DNA of 64,000 bases. It comes from an uncultured Hormoscilla sp. (lineage in GTDB: Bacteria > Cyanobacteriota > Cyanobacteriia > Cyanobacteriales > Desertifilaceae). Below the pieces are notes generated by a model. It saw nothing but the letters and a program-made list of their open reading frames with translations. It made no database searches and was not told the DNA's origin. The stretch lies in NCBI GenBank assembly GCA_963921275.4, contig OZ001293.3:2528001-2592000 (forward strand), written 5' to 3'. Below are positions 59,220 through 64,000 of this stretch, piece by piece. How positions within the stretch are numbered: the first letter of the stretch is position 1; every line of letters starts with the position of its first letter. The position numbers and the translations under genes are program-made.

Positions 59220-60800
59220 TTAATTAAGTTGTACGACCGGTTGATCTTCTAACAAAGTTTGATGGGTCAGCAAGTCCTCTACTGTCATCCGCAGGAAACG
59301 CCGATCGTCCACCCGAAACAGCACTTTGACCCGATCGCTGCCGGGATGTCCTGGTGGCCTCAACTGGGCGATCGTCCGGGCCCCATCCCGATCGTTCAAG
59401 GGTTGCACGTTCTGCTCGTCGCTAGCGAGAATGCGGGTAATCAGGCGATCGCCATCAAAATAGACCTCAGTGCCGCCGGTTTGGGCCCCCAATTCTCCGA
59501 GAATCAATTCAATTTGGGGCTGATTTTCCACCGAAGCACCCAGAGTTAATTCTACAGCTTCGATCATGGGATAGGGCTGTCCCTCTTTCACGATCGGATG
59601 CCAACTGTGGCGTTTATTGCGCCGGCTCCAGTAGCGAATGCCGTAACTGTGATAGAGAAAATCCTTCAGTTCGATGCCTTGCACTAATTGTAATGCCCCT
59701 TGGGCGATCGCTTCAAAAGGTTTTTCGCATCGGACTTTATCTCTGTCAAAATACTGCTGTATCCAACTTTGGACTGCGGGAATTTGCACCGTCCCCCCCA
59801 CCAGCAACACCCCATCGATATCCGCCACCTCCAACCCTTGTCGCCTTGCTTGCTGCAAGACCCGATTCATGGCCTCATCCAGTTGCTCAAAAAACTGGTG
59901 CCGTGCTAGAATCTCATGGAAGCGACTGCGGTTGAGTGCCAACTCATAACTTTCCATATGTTCGGCATCAAAGTAAACCTCACTGGCCTCCGAAGTCAGA
60001 GACAACTGAATCTTCAACTTTTCTGCCAAGCGAGTAGTCAAAGGCGATTTCACCAAACCCCGAGTTTCAGCAAAATAATCCACCAACCAATTATCGATAT
60101 CAGAACCGCCCAAATTTTGTCCCGCCTTTGCTAACACCCGGGCCGTTTTCAGTTTTTGTCCCGACCTTTCCGCGAAGGACTTCTCGCCCCACTTGAGAAT
60201 AAACCCCAAGGGATTTTTCTCCAGACTGCCATCCAACCGCACCAGGGACAAGTCCAGGGTGCCGCCGCCGAAATCAACCACTAGCAAAATTTCCTGGTTT
60301 GCCATCCCGTAACCCAAAGCAGCAGCAGTAGGTTCGTCCAACATCCGCACCCGTTCGACGGATAACCCTTGACAAACCTTGCCCAACCAATGGCGGTAAG
60401 CTTCAAAACTATCCACGGGCACCGTTAACACCAGTTCATCTTCCGTGCTGAGTTGCTGTAGGATCTGGGAGAGGAACCACTCTCCCACTTGCTCGAAGCT
60501 GAGGGTGACCCCATCGAGTTCTGGCATAAATCCCTGGATATGGGCACCTATGCCCCGCTTGAAGTTGCGGAAAAATCGGGCATCCGAACTGATGTCTAAA
60601 CCCTTGTCCCGTACTTGCTGCCCCACCAATACTTTACCCTGGGAGGCATCTTCGATGTAGACTAAACTGGGAATCAGCGGCGGATTTTGCCCCTGCATCA
60701 GGGAAAATCTCGGTAATTTCAGGGTTTCCGGCTGTAGGGTGACCGGGTTCCAGCGGGTAATTACCGTGTTACTCGTACCAAAATCAATCGCGATCGCCAT
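59220..60800 (-). CDS. Hsp70-family protein
   Basis: AIDFGTSNT, EPTAAAL, VDFGGGTLD, LVGG. Confidence 0.92.
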   Translation of the reverse strand: MAIAIDFGTSNTVITRWNPVTLQPETLKLPRFSLMQGQNPPLIPSLVYIEDASQGKVLVGQQVRDKGLDISSDARFFRNFKRGIGAHIQGFMPELDGVTLSFEQVGEWFLSQILQQLSTEDELVLTVPVDSFEAYRHWLGKVCQGLSVERVRMLDEPTAAALGYGMANQEILLVVDFGGGTLDLSLVRLDGSLEKNPLGFILKWGEKSFAERSGQKLKTARVLAKAGQNLGGSDIDNWLVDYFAETRGLVKSPLTTRLAEKLKIQLSLTSEASEVYFDAEHMESYELALNRSRFHEILARHQFFEQLDEAMNRVLQQARRQGLEVADIDGVLLVGGTVQIPAVQSWIQQYFDRDKVRCEKPFEAIAQGALQLVQGIELKDFLYHSYGIRYWSRRNKRHSWHPIVKEGQPYPMIEAVELTLGASVENQPQIELILGELGAQTGGTEVYFDGDRLITRILASDEQNVQPLNDRDGARTIAQLRPPGHPGSDRVKVLFRVDDRRFLRMTVEDLLTHQTLLEDQPVVQLN

Positions 60801-60841
60801 GCCATGTTTCCGATAAGCAGCTACCGGACAATATCTTAGCA

Positions 60842-60897
60842 GTTTGTAGTAAGCACTTTAGTGCTTCCCGTTTGTAGTAAGCACTTTAGTGCTTCCC
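60842..60897. repeat. 28-bp tandem duplicated hairpin
   Basis: GTTTGTAGTAAGCACTTTAGTGCTTCCC twice. Confidence 0.8.
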
Positions 60898-61107
60898 AGG
60901 CGCGAAAGCGCCTAGATGACAGATGCTGTTTGTACAGATAATGGATTAATGGATTATAATGATGAGCGATCAGGCATTACCACCGACGTTTCGCCGGGGC
61001 ACTGCCGATCGAATAGAAGCTGTCCAGAAAATCTTTGACCAAAACCTACCTACAGGTTAAAGTCTTTCTATCCACTTTTGAGGAGATACTCAAACTATAG
61101 TCGCACC

Positions 61108-61581
61108 ATGCTAAAGCAAATCGTTAGTTCGATCAAAACCTACTTCCCGGCGTCCGAAGTCCACGCCCACTGCGATGGCCCCTGTGGTGTCTACGACCCA
61201 AGTTCCGCTCGCATTGCAGTTGAGGCCGTGGTATCCATGACCAAAAAGATCGTCGAACTGCAACCTCCAGCTGGCAACGATCCACAGGCAACAGTAACCT
61301 ACAACAACACCCTGTCCCGCTACATCCAGATTAAGGAAGAGCAGGCACAAATTGCCAAAGAGGAGTTGCTGATTCTGTGGACAGACTATTTCAAACCGCC
61401 CCATTTAGAGGCGTATCCCGACCTGCATGATACCTTCTGGAAAGCGGCAAAACTCTGCTCTGCTTGCAAAGTGGAAGTAAGCCAGCAACATGCTGATGAA
61501 CTGATGGCAGCCATTGAGAAGATCCACAAGATCTTCTGGGCAACGAAGAATCGCGACATTACCTGGTACAAAGCAAGTTGA
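61108..61581 (+). CDS. sodN: nickel superoxide dismutase
   Basis: Ni-hook HCDGPCGVYDP after a propeptide. Confidence 0.96.
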   Translation: MLKQIVSSIKTYFPASEVHAHCDGPCGVYDPSSARIAVEAVVSMTKKIVELQPPAGNDPQATVTYNNTLSRYIQIKEEQAQIAKEELLILWTDYFKPPHLEAYPDLHDTFWKAAKLCSACKVEVSQQHADELMAAIEKIHKIFWATKNRDITWYKAS

Positions 61582-61602
61582 ACCCCAGATAGTCAACCCT
61601 TA

Positions 61603-61941
61603 GTGGATAGCGGCATTGGCGAATTATTGCTGTGGTTGCTGCGTCAGCGTCGCAGATTTCGGGTCACTGGCCTCTCAATGCTGCCACTTTTGCTTCCAGG
61701 TGATGAAGTGCTGGTCAACCCTCGGGCCTATCGTCGCAGATTGCCCCGGCCCGGAGAGATTGTGGTCGCTTGCCACCCCGCCCGGCCTGCCTTGCGTTTG
61801 ATTAAGCGAGTGGCCGCCGTGTCGGGCGATCGATACTGCCACCTGATGGGAGATAATCCTGCCCAGAGTACGGATAGTCGAGCGTTTGGTGCTGTATCCA
61901 TCGATAATATACTGGGTCGGGTGACCAGTGTTTTTAAGTAG
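61603..61941 (+). CDS. sodX: Ni-SOD maturation protease
   Basis: VTGLSMLPLL, IKRV, GDN..STDSR; adjacent to sodN. Confidence 0.92.
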   Translation: MDSGIGELLLWLLRQRRRFRVTGLSMLPLLLPGDEVLVNPRAYRRRLPRPGEIVVACHPARPALRLIKRVAAVSGDRYCHLMGDNPAQSTDSRAFGAVSIDNILGRVTSVFK

Positions 61942-61956
61942 CTGAGTAGCGATTGC

Positions 61957-62095
61957 CTCGTGACCAGGGTCTCCCTGGTCACGCTTCTTTGAGGCAGAGC
62001 CTCCTGTCCTGCACTGCTCACTCACATGAGTCAAAGGCAGCTCACTTGAGGCTCTGCCTCAGACGGCTCGTTCCCAGGGAGACCCTGGGAACGAG
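61957..62095. repeat. CTCGTTCCCAGG-type palindromic repeat
   Basis: GAGGCAGAGCCTC/GAGGCTCTGCCTC; relatives near 4987, 53330 and 55072. Confidence 0.65.
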
Positions 62096-62169
62096 GGAAC
62101 TGATGGGGAACAAGGGAACTGATGAATGAAATGCTATAGTATTGATTAAAGTGCCGATGCCAAAAGAAG

Positions 62170-63501
62170 ATGATGAACCAAGAAACCTCGGACAACAGTC
62201 AGTCAAAAGAACCCACGCAAGGCATCACGAAAATTTCAGTACGGGGTTATAAATCTATCTACGAAGAATGTAGCATTGAAGTGCGTCCTCTGACAATTCT
62301 TGCTGGTGCCAACAGTTCCGGCAAGTCTAGTATGATGCAACCCTTACTGCTGCTCAAGCAAACCCTGGAAGCACCTTATGACCCCGGACCGCTCAAGATT
62401 GACGGTCCTAATGTTCGCTTTACTTCTTTTCGGCAATTATTTTCTCATATTGACGAAAAGAAATCGAGCGATATCTGGTCGATCGGGATAGAAATAAATG
62501 GAGATTGGGGATTAACAAATATATTCAAATTGCATCCAGAACGAGGGATAGACATTTTGGAAATGTTGCTTAATGAAAAAGAAGAAAAATGGCGTTTTGC
62601 CTATGAATTAAGTTCAAAAGAAATGCTGGATTTAATTCCTAAAGGACTGCGTCAAATGTTTTCTGATGCTCTATTAAAAATTTTTCGCAACCGTTGCTTC
62701 CTAAATCTTGATATCCTAAACAAATACTCTCACCAAACAAAGATAAAAATAAATAGGGGATCGATTGATATAATAGAGCGTTATATTCGTACTTCAATTC
62801 ACGTACCTGGATGGCGAGGAAATCCAGCGCCTACCTATAAGACTACAGCCATTGGCAGCAACTTCCTCGGTCATTTTCAAGATTACGTCGCCAGTGTAGT
62901 CAAGCACTGGCAAGAAACTAAAGACAAGCGCCTGGATGAATTAGAGAAAGCGCTGGAAACTCTTGGTCTAACTTGGAAAGTCGATGCCAAAAAGATTGAC
63001 GATACCCAGGTGGAACTGCGAGTAGGTCGTTTACCTCGCAGCGGTCAGACAACAGATACGATCAATATTGCTGATGTAGGTTTTGGAGTCTCCCAAGTTT
63101 TACCCGTACTTGTTGCCCTGATATTAGCAGAACCCGAACAATTAGTTTATCTAGAACAGCCAGAACTTCACCTCCATCCCCGCGCTCAAGCAGGTTTGGC
63201 ACAGATATTAGCTGATGCTGCCGATCGCGGCGTGGTTGTCATTGCGGAAACTCACAGCGAATTGCTACTATTGGCCGTTCAATCCCTAGTTGCTGAAGGT
63301 AAACTATCCCCAGACAAGGTAAAGCTTCATTGGTTTACTAGGCGAGAAGATGGCGTTACAGAAGTTAGCAGTGCCGATCTAGATGAAGCGGGAGCTTTTG
63401 GAGATTGGCCGGAAGACTTTGATGATGTATCCTTGAAATTAGAAAACCGCTATTTGAATGCTGCTGAATCTCGTCTGTGGGAGCGATCGCATGGCAGCTA
63501 A
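62170..63501 (+). CDS. ABC/AAA_21-type ATPase with DUF3696-like C-terminus
   Basis: GANSSGKS, VGFGVSQ, YLEQPELHLHP, ETHS, C-terminal DWPEDF. Confidence 0.85.
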   Translation: MMNQETSDNSQSKEPTQGITKISVRGYKSIYEECSIEVRPLTILAGANSSGKSSMMQPLLLLKQTLEAPYDPGPLKIDGPNVRFTSFRQLFSHIDEKKSSDIWSIGIEINGDWGLTNIFKLHPERGIDILEMLLNEKEEKWRFAYELSSKEMLDLIPKGLRQMFSDALLKIFRNRCFLNLDILNKYSHQTKIKINRGSIDIIERYIRTSIHVPGWRGNPAPTYKTTAIGSNFLGHFQDYVASVVKHWQETKDKRLDELEKALETLGLTWKVDAKKIDDTQVELRVGRLPRSGQTTDTINIADVGFGVSQVLPVLVALILAEPEQLVYLEQPELHLHPRAQAGLAQILADAADRGVVVIAETHSELLLLAVQSLVAEGKLSPDKVKLHWFTRREDGVTEVSSADLDEAGAFGDWPEDFDDVSLKLENRYLNAAESRLWERSHGS

Positions 63502-64000
63502 GGTTTCTAAATTACGAGTAATCGATACTTCCGTAGTGGGTGCTGCGGGCGGACCAGATGCAACCTATCCCACATCGGTGCATTGCCGAGATTTTCTCCA
63601 AGCGGTCTTGGATATCTGCCACCGAGTTGTTATCACCCCGGATATCCGCGAGGAATGGAATAGGCATTCTTCAACGTTTGCGAGAAAATGGCGCAAGACA
63701 ATGGTAGCAAAGAAGAAGCTAGTATACCGCGCTGATATCTCAGCAGATGAGGAGTTATGCCAGAAAATCTCTGGGGCGATCGCTAGCGACACAGATCTTG
63801 AGGCCATGCTGAAAGATTTCCGGTTAATTGAAGCCGCGATCGTCACGGACAACACAGTGATTTCTCTCGATGATAAAGTAAGGATTATATTTGATAAAGC
63901 AGCCAAACGGGTGGGCGAACTGCGAAATGTGGTATGGGTAAACCCAGATGACACAGAAGCTAAACCCATTGGGTGGCTGGAAAATGGTGCTCAACCGGAA
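63491..64000 (+). CDS. PIN-like domain protein, 3' partial (missing from the ORF track)
   Basis: open from ATG 63491 to the window edge: VIDTSV..IREEW..KDFRLIEAA..VISLDD. Confidence 0.65.
   Translation, partial: MAAKVSKLRVIDTSVVGAAGGPDATYPTSVHCRDFLQAVLDICHRVVITPDIREEWNRHSSTFARKWRKTMVAKKKLVYRADISADEELCQKISGAIASDTDLEAMLKDFRLIEAAIVTDNTVISLDDKVRIIFDKAAKRVGELRNVVWVNPDDTEAKPIGWLENGAQPE

Noticed and set aside
63565..63969. 134-aa minus-strand ORF
   Set aside because: Shadow of the plus-strand gene starting at 63491

Overview
Cyanobacterial chromosome segment (HIP1 GCGATCGC is frequent, heptamer tandem repeats are present, and gene order is cyanobacterial). It is probably from a filamentous marine lineage (sodN/sodX) and shows heavy decay. 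The core is the rplC-secY-adk-infA-rpmJ-rpoA-rplQ-truA-rplM-rpsI-rpmE-prfA cluster (19.7-38.3 kb), plus a HhoA/HtrA protease gene, mnmA, hflX, grxC, gshB, murD, an Hsp70-family gene and sodN/sodX. The flanks hold nested IS pseudogenes, MITEs with target duplications, REP-like hairpins and decayed toxin-antitoxin genes. Main observations: (1) four subgroup-IIB group II introns lie in the first 19 kb. One carries an RT gene, two are ORF-less and one is a 5' half inside an IS5 terminal repeat; in each, EBS1/EBS2 pair with that intron's own, different insertion site. (2) A ~22-24-nt double-mini-hairpin insert occurs at least 7 times: it puts a stop in the intron RT, frameshifts an antitoxin and sits in frame in hflX. 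(3) Several ribosomal proteins carry repeat-derived tails or insertions. (4) An ABC-type ATPase and a PIN-like gene overlap at the right edge. All calls were made by eye; no database searches were run.
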